A stretch of 64,000 nucleotides of DNA from an uncultured Hyphomonas sp. (GTDB lineage Bacteria; Pseudomonadota; Alphaproteobacteria; Caulobacterales; Hyphomonadaceae). The stretch covers positions 297 through 64,296 of the forward strand of contig CAZXQD010000005.1 of assembly GCA_964643405.1 (NCBI GenBank), given 5' to 3'. The notes under the pieces are model-generated. The model was not told the origin of the DNA. It did no database searches and saw only the letters and a program-made list of their open reading frames with translations. The number at the start of each line of letters is the position of its first letter. Within the stretch, counting starts at the first letter, position 1. Of the stretch, positions 39,350 through 48,875 are shown piece by piece. Made by a program: the position numbers and the translations under genes.

Positions 39350-40336
39350 TCAGGCCTCAACTGTTGCAGATGCCTCGGCGATGAGCCTTGCCGCAACATC
39401 ACAGCGATCCGGCGTTGAAAGCCAACTTTCCGCTACAAGGTTTTGACGCAGACGTTCGGGCCGCGTCGTTGAGAACAGCACCATTCCCTCTGGGTTCTGG
39501 GCGAGCGCCTGTGCCAGAAACGCTTGTGCGACCTGCGAATTGTCCCGGGCGTCGATCCCGAGTTCGCCGGACCAACGCGCTCTGAGCGCATCGTCCGTCT
39601 TCAGACGGTTAACCACGCCCTTGTACGGCTCACCCAGGCAGGAATGGGTCACGACAAGTGCTGGTATCGCGGCGCCAGACGGAGGGAAAAAGTGCCGGAT
39701 CCTGCTGTCGAATTGCGCGACATCCCCATAGGCAACGCCGCTTGAAGCAATGCTCAGCATCTCCGGCGCCGTTGGTGCAACGCCGACCATCCGAGCTTTG
39801 CCGTCCCGCACCACGGCGCTGAGGAAAGTCTGCACATCGTCGCTGCGGACATTATCGAGCGTACATTCGTGCAGCAGCAACAGGTCAACATAGTCGGTTC
39901 GCAGCAATCGGAGGCTGGTCTCCAGGCTCTCCTGCATCCGCTTGCGGTCAAACACCCCGAATTCGGGATGCTGGACCAGGTCCGGCACCACGGCTTTCAG
40001 CGGCGCAAACTTGCGTAAGGCGGAAGCAGCCTTGCCTTTCGCGCGGGTCGCAAGGTCGCGCTTGACCGGGAGGATCCCGACCTTGGTTGCAAGGATCACT
40101 TCGCTCCGCAAACCGCGAAACGCTTCACCAAGCAGGCGTTCTGATTCACCTTCCGCATAGAGACGCGCTGTATCAAAATAGGCGACCCCCTGTTCATGGG
40201 CTTCCCTGAGCAGGCGAACACAAGTGGAGGCGTCACCTACCTGGTGTAAAAGGCCCGTACCGAAGCCCAGCGGCCCGGTGCGTTTACCAAACAAGCGGGC
40301 AGCGAAAGTGGAGGTGGTCGTCTCACTCATAGTCAT
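39350..40336 (-). CDS. Aldo/keto reductase
   Basis: LGFGT, FDTARLY, SERLLG, ATKVG, SLRLLRTDYVDLLLLH. Confidence 0.9.
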   Translation of the reverse strand: MTMSETTTSTFAARLFGKRTGPLGFGTGLLHQVGDASTCVRLLREAHEQGVAYFDTARLYAEGESERLLGEAFRGLRSEVILATKVGILPVKRDLATRAKGKAASALRKFAPLKAVVPDLVQHPEFGVFDRKRMQESLETSLRLLRTDYVDLLLLHECTLDNVRSDDVQTFLSAVVRDGKARMVGVAPTAPEMLSIASSGVAYGDVAQFDSRIRHFFPPSGAAIPALVVTHSCLGEPYKGVVNRLKTDDALRARWSGELGIDARDNSQVAQAFLAQALAQNPEGMVLFSTTRPERLRQNLVAESWLSTPDRCDVAARLIAEASATVEA

Positions 40337-40464
40337 TCAAAGACGGGGAGATGATTGCCCTGTCAATCACGTTCCCTTAGTCACACGTTTACGATTGACG
40401 ACAACCTTCCATTGCCGCCCTGCAAGTGCGCGCAAATCTTTAACGCCACGGGACAAGGCCAGCC

Positions 40465-42006
40465 ATGCTTGGGCACCATGACGCGATCATAGTCGGAGCG
40501 GGCGCGTCCGGCAGTCTTGCGGCAGCACTCCTTTGCGAAAGCGGACTATCTGTACTGTTGCTGGATGCCGGCCGGCCGATTTCGTTCTGGGAAAAGCCGC
40601 TCAGCAAAACGCTCGCAAAAACTATCGGCGCGATCTCTGACCCCCAGCTGGCGCGCATCCTTCATCCGCGCCTGATCAATGCCGGTACGCGCATCCTCCG
40701 AATTGCCGGACGCGTCCGGCAACCCGTGCAGACAGAATGCTTTGCGTGGGTACAGAAGCCCGACAGTTTTGTGGACGACAAGGACCACCCTTACGAAACA
40801 CCTGACGGCCAGCCCTTCACGTGGATCCGCTCACATGGCGTCGGCGGCCGCATGGTCGTCCCAGGGCATGGCCGCCAATACTATCGGTTGAGCCAGCATG
40901 ATCTCGGTCCGCGTGACGATGACCCGAGTCCCTGGCCATTCGGGATCGAAGAACTCGAGCCGTGGTACGAGAAAGTTGAAACCCGTCTCGGCCTGTTTGG
41001 CCGCCGCGAGGGAAACGCCTTCATTCCGGACAGCGTCCTCACCTACCCTATCAGCCCGGATATTTCTGAAGAGCAGCTGCTCGAAACGTTCGCTCAGCGC
41101 TGGCCGGCAGCAAACATCATGCTTAGCCGGTATGCGGCTCCGGTCGACTTCACAGCGTTCGCCCAGGCAACAGGCCGGCTCACCCTGCGCACAAGCGCAA
41201 TTGCCCAGCGCGTTCTCAGCGGGACAGATGGCAAAGCTGCAGGCGTCGAGTGGCTGGACCCTTCCGATGGCAAGATGCACTCGGCCAGCGCACCGCTGAT
41301 CTTTCTTTGCGCGTCATCGCTCGAGTCCACGCGCATCCTGCTGAATTCGCGTAATTCCGATGGTCCGCTCTCGGAACAACTTCCGGCCCTTGGTCTGCAC
41401 CTGAGTGACCATGTGATGGTAAAGGCCGAAGGCCTCAGCCCGCCACTTCCGATCACGCCGCCGGCTCCACCCGGCCGCTGTCTCTACCTGCCCCGCTTCG
41501 ACCTTCGCCGCGGCGGAAATGCGGCGCAGCGCGGTTACGGCATACAACTATATGCCACAGCAAACCCGGCGGGCTCCTGGACGACCGCCGTGGCTTTCGG
41601 GGAGACCTCAGGCGCCATGAATGGCCGCGTGACCCTGTCAAAAAACCGGAAAGACCGATGGGGACAGCCCGTCCTTTCGATTGATACCCGCCTGGGAGAA
41701 CCCGAGCGCACACTCGCGCAGTCCATGTCGGCGGCACTTAATGAGTTGTTCGAAGGCATTGGGGCAAAGGTACTGGTGCCGCCCGCAGGCCCGGCAAATC
41801 CCGGAACGTCCGTACACGAATGCGGCGGCGCCCGCATCGGAACCGATGCTCGCACATCGGTTCTCACACCTTACAATGAATGCTGGGCTATGCCGGGGCT
41901 CTACGTCACTGATGGCGCCGCTCTACCCTCCCAAGGGGCGCAGAACCCTACGCTGACAATTATGGCGCTGACGGCGCGCGCCTGTAACAAGGCCGTCAGC
42001 AGCTAG
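40465..42006 (+). CDS. GMC-family FAD oxidoreductase
   Basis: IVGAGASG, ESTRILLNS, HECGGARIG, LYVTDGA, QNPTLTIMAL; no obvious signal peptide. Confidence 0.9.
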   Translation: MLGHHDAIIVGAGASGSLAAALLCESGLSVLLLDAGRPISFWEKPLSKTLAKTIGAISDPQLARILHPRLINAGTRILRIAGRVRQPVQTECFAWVQKPDSFVDDKDHPYETPDGQPFTWIRSHGVGGRMVVPGHGRQYYRLSQHDLGPRDDDPSPWPFGIEELEPWYEKVETRLGLFGRREGNAFIPDSVLTYPISPDISEEQLLETFAQRWPAANIMLSRYAAPVDFTAFAQATGRLTLRTSAIAQRVLSGTDGKAAGVEWLDPSDGKMHSASAPLIFLCASSLESTRILLNSRNSDGPLSEQLPALGLHLSDHVMVKAEGLSPPLPITPPAPPGRCLYLPRFDLRRGGNAAQRGYGIQLYATANPAGSWTTAVAFGETSGAMNGRVTLSKNRKDRWGQPVLSIDTRLGEPERTLAQSMSAALNELFEGIGAKVLVPPAGPANPGTSVHECGGARIGTDARTSVLTPYNECWAMPGLYVTDGAALPSQGAQNPTLTIMALTARACNKAVSS

Positions 42007-42017
42007 GCAACTACCGT

Positions 42018-43754
42018 TCAGTCCGCACACGGGCAAATCTGGCCGCCGGTGCGATCCGGGCCATAGGCAGCGACGCTTTCCGGCGCTTCGCAAGCAATAT
42101 TCTCGGCCGAAATGTACTGCGTCTCGATCCCGGCCTTCTGCATCAGGAATATACGCGACTGTACCATCTCGGGTACCATACAATAGCGCTCGCCGGTCTG
42201 CGCCAACCGCGCAACCTGCGCATCGACTTCAGCGCTTCGGCCGGCTGTCAACCAGGTCGACGCGCCGCCTGCAAGTGCGGCATTTCCCAACATCACGGCA
42301 ATGATCGACACGCCGAGCGCATTGAGGCCGCGCTGTTTCATTGTCAGCGTCGCCGCAGCCACGCAAACCGGCACCAGCCAGAACTGCGGCACATAGCGAG
42401 CCCACCAGTTCTGCGGCATCAGCAATACCGAAACGAGCAGCGCCGCAGCAACGAAAAGCAACGCGTGTGTAACCGGTCCACAGTCCTTGCGGTACAGTGC
42501 AAGGAGGCCGGCGGCGATCAGCGAGAGAACGACCGCGCCCGAGAACAAGGGACCGAATCCAGCGAGGCGCACATCGACACCGCCGGCAGCGCGCACTTCC
42601 TCAAGCGACAGCGAAAAAGGCAGTTTGATATGAGCGACGGTGTCGTAGCCAGCATGCGTCTGAGAGAACAGAGAGAAGAAGAACCGCTCGACGGCAGACT
42701 TATCGAGCAGGACATCCGGCGTATTGTCGAGCGCCGGTCCAACGCCCGACATGATATCAATCGCATCCCTTCCCATGATCGGATGGAACACGTGCCCATG
42801 ATCAAGGAAATTCTGCATGTAAGGCGACCAGCCCAGCACGAAGATCGCGGCTGTGGCCGAAGTGAGGAGAATGGCAGCTGTGGTTGTTGCCTTCGGCCAC
42901 CGCCCGACAATGAATGCGCCGAGGCAGGCAAACGCACACAGGAAAACGAAGGTCGGTATCCCGGAGAACTTCAGGTTCAGCGCCAGCGCCATAGCCGCAA
43001 TGCCAGCGACCAAGGCTGCGCGCGAGCCTTCGCGGACCCACGCGGCCAACGAGAGAACAAAGATCAGGATACAGAGATTGAGCAAGCCATCATTCATGCT
43101 TGTCCAGACCTGCGACAACACGACAGGATTGAGAACGGCCGCCGCTGTCAAAACCAGCGAAAACAGCCGGGAGAACCCTGTCCGGTACAATGCAGCGCCT
43201 GTCATCGCTGTGGCACCAAACAGCACAAGGAGATTGGTCAGCTTCACCATTCCCAGCGGCAGGCCAGCCGATAGAAGGGTCGACGAGAAAACCCACACAG
43301 CGCGCGGATAGTGCACTGCCCACGGCGTGATTTCGTCTCCGATCACAGGTGCCGCAGCAGGCTTGTAGATCGGGTTCCAACCCTCAGCGAGCGCGTAAAT
43401 TGCCTGGAAGTGGTACTGCTGGCCGTCCATCGAGGTATCGTGGAAAATCCCTGCCCCGAACGCCGCGAGCAGACCCAGCACGGCCGCGATCAGTGGCGCC
43501 TGCGGAGACGTCCCGGGAAACAGCCGGGCGGCAGAGCCTAATGCCCCGGCCGCGCTGACCACCAACACACTCCAGCTAAAACCCGGCGAGACGATCCCGC
43601 CCGCCATGAACCAGCAGGTCGTAAGCGCGAAAACAAACACGGGGAACAGGATCAGCATGGTGCCAACGGCCCAGAGTATCGATGGCTCTTGCGCCTGCGC
43701 CCGCGCCAGCCCGACGTCCTGCCGGAAGCCATTTTGGAACAGTTGGTTAATCAT
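42018..43754 (-). CDS. Polytopic membrane protein, putative GT-C glycosyltransferase
   Basis: Many TMs; loop DTSMDGQQYHFQAIYALAEGWNP, NLKFSG, WWARYVPQ. Confidence 0.6.
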   Translation of the reverse strand: MINQLFQNGFRQDVGLARAQAQEPSILWAVGTMLILFPVFVFALTTCWFMAGGIVSPGFSWSVLVVSAAGALGSAARLFPGTSPQAPLIAAVLGLLAAFGAGIFHDTSMDGQQYHFQAIYALAEGWNPIYKPAAAPVIGDEITPWAVHYPRAVWVFSSTLLSAGLPLGMVKLTNLLVLFGATAMTGAALYRTGFSRLFSLVLTAAAVLNPVVLSQVWTSMNDGLLNLCILIFVLSLAAWVREGSRAALVAGIAAMALALNLKFSGIPTFVFLCAFACLGAFIVGRWPKATTTAAILLTSATAAIFVLGWSPYMQNFLDHGHVFHPIMGRDAIDIMSGVGPALDNTPDVLLDKSAVERFFFSLFSQTHAGYDTVAHIKLPFSLSLEEVRAAGGVDVRLAGFGPLFSGAVVLSLIAAGLLALYRKDCGPVTHALLFVAAALLVSVLLMPQNWWARYVPQFWLVPVCVAAATLTMKQRGLNALGVSIIAVMLGNAALAGGASTWLTAGRSAEVDAQVARLAQTGERYCMVPEMVQSRIFLMQKAGIETQYISAENIACEAPESVAAYGPDRTGGQICPCAD

Positions 43755-43984
43755 GCGGGTTTCCAGCGGGGCGTTGAAATGCCAGCAGTCGCCTGAATGG
43801 CGCCGTTCGGGCTAGAGAAAGTGAATTATATGCCAGCGCAAGGGCAAACACGCCCGGGCAGAGCAGGCCTCAGTTTTGCTGTCTGAAAAGCGAAGCCGGC
43901 GTCAACATTACGCTGGCAATGCGCCTTTCGCGACGGCACATACCAAAACGCAGGCCCCCCCAAGGCACTTCATGGTCGGCGCGA

Positions 43985-44221
43985 CTATTTTTTAAACCGC
44001 ACCCCTGCGCCTCCCTCCTTGCTAGGATCTAGGAAAATTACGCCTGCAGTTTCCAGTGTGCGCCGGACGGCATCGACATTCACCTCGGTGCTACGGTCTG
44101 GCCCGACCCTGCTTTCCATGCGCTTGATGGTGGGAACTGATAGCTTCGACTTTTCCGAGAGCTGCTTCTGGCTCCAGTCCAGCAAAGCACGAGCGGCCCG
44201 AATTTGTGCGGCAGTCAGCAT
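43985..44221 (-). CDS. XRE-family HTH transcriptional regulator
   Basis: QIRAARALLDWSQKQLSEKSKLSVPTIKRME...LETAGVIF...GAGVR. Confidence 0.88.
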   Translation of the reverse strand: MLTAAQIRAARALLDWSQKQLSEKSKLSVPTIKRMESRVGPDRSTEVNVDAVRRTLETAGVIFLDPSKEGGAGVRFKK

Positions 44222-44223
44222 TT

Positions 44224-44291
44224 GTGTGCCTTTGGGATTATATGATCCCTTTGGGTTGACTTCGATTGACGATTTGATACCTTAGGGATCA
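44224..44291. promoter_or_regulatory. Three 17-bp operator-like imperfect palindromes
   Basis: GTGTGCCTTTGGGATTA (44224), TGATCCCTTTGGGTTGA (44243), TGATACCTTAGGGATCA (44275). Confidence 0.6.
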
Positions 44292-44554
44292 TTGTAGACG
44301 GAAAGGGTTACCAATGTCCCGACGCCATGAAAAGGCGGCGCACGATACCGTGCGCCTAAACGATCCCTCACTTCGGTTGATCTTGGGTGTCGTCACAGCC
44401 GCGCCTCTCGTCACCGTTCCAAAGGCGCCAATCGCCACCGACCCTATCGTTGAGGTTTGTGAAGTTTGGCTCGCGCGCCACGTTGAACCGCAAAACATGG
44501 GGCACCAGGACTTATACATGCTCAGATGCGGATTTCTTTCTAAGGGAGATTTCG

Positions 44555-44857
44555 ATGGGTAAAAAGAAATCGGCAGCTTCCAAACTCGGAGCTGAGCGAA
44601 GCAGGAACCTTGAGGAAGTTAGCGCTGACGCAGAAAGCGCGCTTACCGATCTGGATGGGGCGTTGACAGCAGCAAGAGCATTGGTGGACCTGACGCTCGC
44701 TGACGGTGGCGCAGACGATGGCCGGACCCTCTACAAGCGGCTCAACGCCCTGGAATTCGTGCTGCGGTGCGCTGGTACTGCGGAAGACGTTTTGTGGGTA
44801 GCCATCGACCAGTTGAGCATGTCAGTTGACCAAAAGGCGCCCGCACCCCTCTCTTGA
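44555..44857 (+). CDS. Hypothetical helical protein (100 aa)
   Basis: ATG after AAGGGAG RBS; MGKKKSAASKLG...; no family recognised. Confidence 0.55.
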   Translation: MGKKKSAASKLGAERSRNLEEVSADAESALTDLDGALTAARALVDLTLADGGADDGRTLYKRLNALEFVLRCAGTAEDVLWVAIDQLSMSVDQKAPAPLS

Positions 44858-44884
44858 TTCATGGTGCTTGAGCGGACCAAATGT

Positions 44885-44950
44885 TGACCTGCCCCAAATT
44901 GTTCGGACCAGCGTTCGTTTGGATCTAAGATCATGGAGATGCGCAAGTCT
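44885..44950 (+). mobile_element. IS3-family left-end relic
   Basis: TGACCTGCCCCAAATTGTTCGGAC terminal-IR-like sequence followed by GGAG-ATGCGCAAGTCT (MRKS, a typical OrfA start), then lost. Confidence 0.4.
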
Positions 44951-44984
44951 CCACATAATCAGCCCGGATCAAGGGCTGGGTCAT

Positions 44985-45372
44985 GACATAGGCTTCAAGC
45001 ACCTCCGATTCATGGTCCACTGCGCGCCAGAGATAGTGCGTCTACCCACGAATCTTCACGAAGACCTCGCCCAGGTGCCAGGGCCATTGCTTGACCCGAC
45101 GCATCGCCTCGGACCTCCGCTTACGGACCTTATCTGCGAAGTATGTCACAAAGCGATTTACCTAAAGACGGACGCTTTCGTGGCAGACATCTATGCCTCG
45201 CTCGTGCAGGAGGTCTTCGACATTTCGTAGCGAGATCGGAGATCGGACATACATCAGCGCGCCTAGCTTGATGATCTCGGGCGATGTCTTGAAGTAGCGG
45301 AACGTGTTCTTGCGCAAAATCCAAGGCTAAACGCCATCACCGGCCGCCTCATTATCCGGTTTCGCTGACATC
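44985..45372. mobile_element. Degenerate IS6-like element fragment
   Basis: Reads LHEDLAQVP...TDAFVADIYASLVQEVFDIS, which resembles from memory a segment of alphaproteobacterial IS6-type elements; ends ...GCTGACATC; 128 bp repeated at 49913. Confidence 0.5.
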
Positions 45373-46260
45373 TCCGTGCCACCGGCGCAGATGATCAATT
45401 AAGGCGCGCAGCTTCGGCGCCATGTTCTGCCGCTGAGGGAAATACAGATAGAACCCCGCGAAGGGTGGCAGGAAATCCTCAAGCAGCGGCACCAGCGCGC
45501 CGTTTTCGAGATGTGGGCGCATACAATCCCTTGGCGCGAAGGTGATGCCGCCGTCCGACAGCGCCAGGCGCAGCATCAGCCCCAGATCGTTGGTCGTCAT
45601 TTGCGGGTTGACCATGACATCGAATGGAGTGCCTTCCTCTTCGAACTCCCACCGCCAGGGTGCGGTCTCCGGGCCCGGCCGCCACCCGATGCATCGATGT
45701 GCGAGAAGGTCACGCGGATGCGCGGGCACGCCGTGCTGCGCAAGATAGGCTGGCGTGGCTGCGGCGATCTCGCGCTGCGGCCCGCTGACCGGCACGGCGA
45801 TCATGTCCTGTTCGATCACCTCGCCAAGGCGGACCCCCGCATCATAGCCGTGCGCCACGATGTCGAATTCGGCGTCCGTGACGGTCACGTCCAGCGTGAC
45901 CTGCGGATACGCCTTGGCGAAGCGCGCCAGCATGGGGCCCGACAGAAACGCCTCGGCGATCGAGGTCACCGCCAGCCGCAGCCGTCCGCGAGGCGCGTCC
46001 TCGTGCCACTCCAGCGCGTCCTGCACCGCCGCCATCGGCGCGCGCAAGCCTGCAACCAGCCGCGCGCCGGCTTCGGTCAGCCGCACCGATCGGGTGGTCC
46101 GCATCACCAGCTGGATGCCCATGGCATCCTCCAGCCGCCGCACCCCTTGGCTGACGGCGGAGCGCGTGACGCCGAGGCGGTCAGCGGCGGCGCGGAAGTT
46201 CTGCTCTTCTGCGACGGCGAGCAGGAGCGGCAGCAGGTTCAGGTCCATCCGGCGCCTCAT
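45352..46260 (-). CDS. LysR-family transcriptional regulator
   Basis: NFRAAADRLGVTRSAVSQ, RTTRSVRLTEAG, YDAGVRLGE, PKLRALID. Confidence 0.93.
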   Translation of the reverse strand: MRRRMDLNLLPLLLAVAEEQNFRAAADRLGVTRSAVSQGVRRLEDAMGIQLVMRTTRSVRLTEAGARLVAGLRAPMAAVQDALEWHEDAPRGRLRLAVTSIAEAFLSGPMLARFAKAYPQVTLDVTVTDAEFDIVAHGYDAGVRLGEVIEQDMIAVPVSGPQREIAAATPAYLAQHGVPAHPRDLLAHRCIGWRPGPETAPWRWEFEEEGTPFDVMVNPQMTTNDLGLMLRLALSDGGITFAPRDCMRPHLENGALVPLLEDFLPPFAGFYLYFPQRQNMAPKLRALIDHLRRWHGDVSETG

Positions 46261-46362
46261 TTGTAAAGCGGCGCTAACCGCCCAGTCCAGCAGTCGGGCA
46301 ATACCGTGGACGGCGGCCCGCGTCCATCTTGCGCCGTGCAACAGGCTGAAAAGGAGAAAGCC

Positions 46363-47085
46363 ATGGACAAGGTCATTCTGATAACCGGAGCCTCCAGCGG
46401 CATCGGCGAAGGCATCGCGCGCGAACTCGCGGCGGGGGGCGCGACGGTTCTGATGGGCGCCCGTCGCACCGATCGGTTGGACAGGATCGCCGGCGAGATC
46501 CGTGCCGCGGGCGGAGTCGCCGCCACCCGCGCGCTCGATGTCACCGACATCGGGTCGATGCAGACCTTTGCGCAGACGGCGCTCGACCTCTGGGGCCGGA
46601 TCGACGTGCTGGTGAACAACGCGGGCATCATGCCGCTGTCGCCCATGTCCGCCCTCAAGTTCGACGAGTGGGCGCGGATGGTCGACGTTAACATCAAGGG
46701 CGTGCTCTGGGGCATTGGCGCGGTCCTGCCGGTGATGGAACGCCAGGGCGAAGGCCAGATCATCAACATCGGTTCGATCGGCGCGCTGCAGGCCGTGCCC
46801 ACCGCAGCGGTCTATTGTGGCACCAAATTCGCCGTGCGCGCCATTTCGGACGGGCTGCGCCAGGAAAGCAATGCCATCCGTGTCACCTGCGTGAACCCCG
46901 GCGTGGTGGAAAGCGAGCTCGCCGCGACGATCACCCACGCGGAAACGCAGGCCCTGATGGACAACTACCGCGCCATCGCGCTGAAACCTGGCGACATCGC
47001 CCGCGCCGTGCGCCAGCTGATTGAGGCCCCGGCAAACGTTGACACGACCGAGATCACGATCCGTCCCACCGCATCTGCCAACTGA
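46363..47085 (+). CDS. SDR-family oxidoreductase
   Basis: TGASSGIG, NNAG, YCGTK; AAGGAG RBS. Confidence 0.93.
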   Translation: MDKVILITGASSGIGEGIARELAAGGATVLMGARRTDRLDRIAGEIRAAGGVAATRALDVTDIGSMQTFAQTALDLWGRIDVLVNNAGIMPLSPMSALKFDEWARMVDVNIKGVLWGIGAVLPVMERQGEGQIINIGSIGALQAVPTAAVYCGTKFAVRAISDGLRQESNAIRVTCVNPGVVESELAATITHAETQALMDNYRAIALKPGDIARAVRQLIEAPANVDTTEITIRPTASAN

Positions 47086-47093
47086 GGTATGCC

Positions 47094-47414
47094 ATGACAC
47101 AATCACCACTTCTCGCCGCCGCGCTGCTGGCCATCGGCATGGAGTTCCGCGATCCCGACGTCCCACATCCTTACGTCGGGCTGTGGGTCACCGCCGACAA
47201 TCACGTCCGCCACGAGCTGTTGCCCAACGGGCGCTACATTGAGGCCCGCGGCGCGCGGGAGCACGCCTATGAGGGGCGCTACGAGGTGACCGGCACGCAC
47301 ATCGAGTATTGGGACGACACCGGCTTCACCGCCGATGGCGACTTCGTCGAACCGGACGTGCTGCATCATGGCGGCATGGTGCTCTATCGGAAGTCAGGGC
47401 AAACGCGCCGGTGA
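47094..47414 (+). CDS. Atu4866-domain protein
   Basis: YVGLWVTADNHVRHELLPNGRYIEARG...YWDDTGFTADG. Confidence 0.85.
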   Translation: MTQSPLLAAALLAIGMEFRDPDVPHPYVGLWVTADNHVRHELLPNGRYIEARGAREHAYEGRYEVTGTHIEYWDDTGFTADGDFVEPDVLHHGGMVLYRKSGQTRR

Positions 47415-47600
47415 CCAGACCTGCGCCCGATGACCCCGTTATGAGGGCGCAATGGCCTGCACAAAAGCCGGCTGGCATCCGGCGCCGCCATCGGTCCCGC
47501 CCGGTCGCCGCCGGGCGGAAATCCGTGTACAGCCATAGCGCCAAACTGCACGCTACCACGAACCCTTCCGGCAACGCCGCCAAGCCAAAAGGAACCTGAC

Positions 47601-48008
47601 ATGACAACGCCGCTTATACGTCTCAATCCCGCAGGACTGTTCGATTCGACACAGAACCACCATTCTCAGGGTACGCTGGTGCCCGACGGTCGGCTGGCGT
47701 TCTTTTCCGGCCAGATCGCGTGGCAGCAGGACGTGGAGACAGCGCCTGACTCGCTGGCCGAACAGACCGCAATTGTCTGCCGGAACCTGCGTACCTGCCT
47801 CGACAGCGTCGGCGCAGTGCCAGCGGATATCGTCAGCCTGCGGGCCTATATCGTCGACTGGTCGCCCGGAATGGCCGCCGAGGTCTTTCCGCCGCTCATG
47901 GCGTTTCTCGGTGATGCCATGCCCAGCGTGACCGGCATCGGTGTCAGCTCCCTGTTCGGGCCCGATCTGAAGATTGAGATCGAAATGGTCGTGCGTGCAC
48001 CCGGCTGA
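47601..48008 (+). CDS. RidA/YjgF-family protein
   Basis: FFSGQIA, IGVSSL, KIEIE; AAGGA RBS. Confidence 0.85.
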   Translation: MTTPLIRLNPAGLFDSTQNHHSQGTLVPDGRLAFFSGQIAWQQDVETAPDSLAEQTAIVCRNLRTCLDSVGAVPADIVSLRAYIVDWSPGMAAEVFPPLMAFLGDAMPSVTGIGVSSLFGPDLKIEIEMVVRAPG

Positions 48009-48289
48009 ACGCAGCGGAACGACCAAGGGCACGGCGTACTTCGAGACCTTGGCTGTTGATTGCTTTTGAGAATGCTGCCTGTCTAATGCCAACCCGTCTC
48101 CGCTTTTCGCGGGTCAGCAGGTGCTAGACAACGAGAAGTTCGCGCCATTAGCGAAGGGCGGCGTTTCGTAGCGATTTAAAGCCGGCTCTCCTCTCGATGT
48201 TCTCTGGTGATTGAAATGGTTGTGTACAGACGAATGCATTGAAGCGACTTTCTGCAGACTTCGCATTAGCCGAAAGCGCGACATTGCCC

Positions 48290-48657
48290 GCTCGCGTCGG
48301 CGAAGAGGCTTCAGATCTTTCGCTTGATGACATCCTGCAAGATCTCGCGGTCGAGCGTCAGGTCTGCCACGATCCGCTTGAGCCGGGAGTTCTCCTCCTC
48401 CAGCTCACGCAGCCGCTTCATCTCCGACGGCAGCAGACCGCCATACTTTTTCTTCCAGTTGAAGTAGGTCGCCTGGCTGATCCCTGCCTTCCGGCAGACC
48501 TCCGCCACCGGCGGCCCGTCCTCTCCCTGCTTCAGGATGAATGCCTTCTGGGCATCCGTGAACTTCGAGGCCTTCATCGTCTTCGCTCCTTTCCAGCCAG
48601 GGGAAATCTACGCGAAAACTCCAGCCTCAAACGAGGAATTTTTTAGGGGGCAGAGCA
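48290..48657 (-). mobile_element. Truncated IS3-family element (left IR + OrfA; OrfB lost)
   Basis: Left end TGCTCTGCCCCCTAAAAAATTCCTCG at 48657; transposase-like sequence stops shortly after the OrfA stop. Confidence 0.85.
48311..48577 (-). CDS. IS3-family transposase OrfA
   Basis: MKASKFTDAQKAFILKQ...VCRKAGISQATYFNWKKKYGG...LEEENSRLKRIVADL. Confidence 0.92.
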   Translation of the reverse strand: MKASKFTDAQKAFILKQGEDGPPVAEVCRKAGISQATYFNWKKKYGGLLPSEMKRLRELEEENSRLKRIVADLTLDREILQDVIKRKI

Positions 48658-48752
48658 ATCGCGGCATTGTCCGAGAACCGGCCTGAATTTGCTCCGAGCA
48701 TAACTGCCGCGCTGGAAGAGGAATACAAATCAGCAATCAAGTAGCGTCTGGC

Positions 48753-48858
48753 TTGGGCCAGATCGGCTCTGATGATGGATTTCGGCGTCCGGCAGGGTCA
48801 CCTCAATCCTGTCAGTGGGTTGCATCATGCGCACCAGGCCGGACATCGCCGAAAACAG
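48753..48858 (+). repeat. Modular direct repeat, copy 1
   Basis: Ungapped 73/106 identity to 56608-56713; last 70 bp 49/70 identical to 49790-49859. Confidence 0.8.
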
Positions 48859-48875
48859 TCACATCGGCCTTCGAT

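Noticed and set aside
39230..40445. CtrA-like TTAA sites near the glycosylation cluster
   Set aside because: No exact TTAA-N7-TTAA found; only half or mismatched sites.
43755..43984. tRNA or att site at the left edge of the accessory region
   Set aside because: No cloverleaf, T-loop motif or integrase seen.
45352..47166. 604-aa ORF that looks like a LysR fusion
   Set aside because: The N-terminal half is the antisense of the SDR gene; LysR starts at about 46260.
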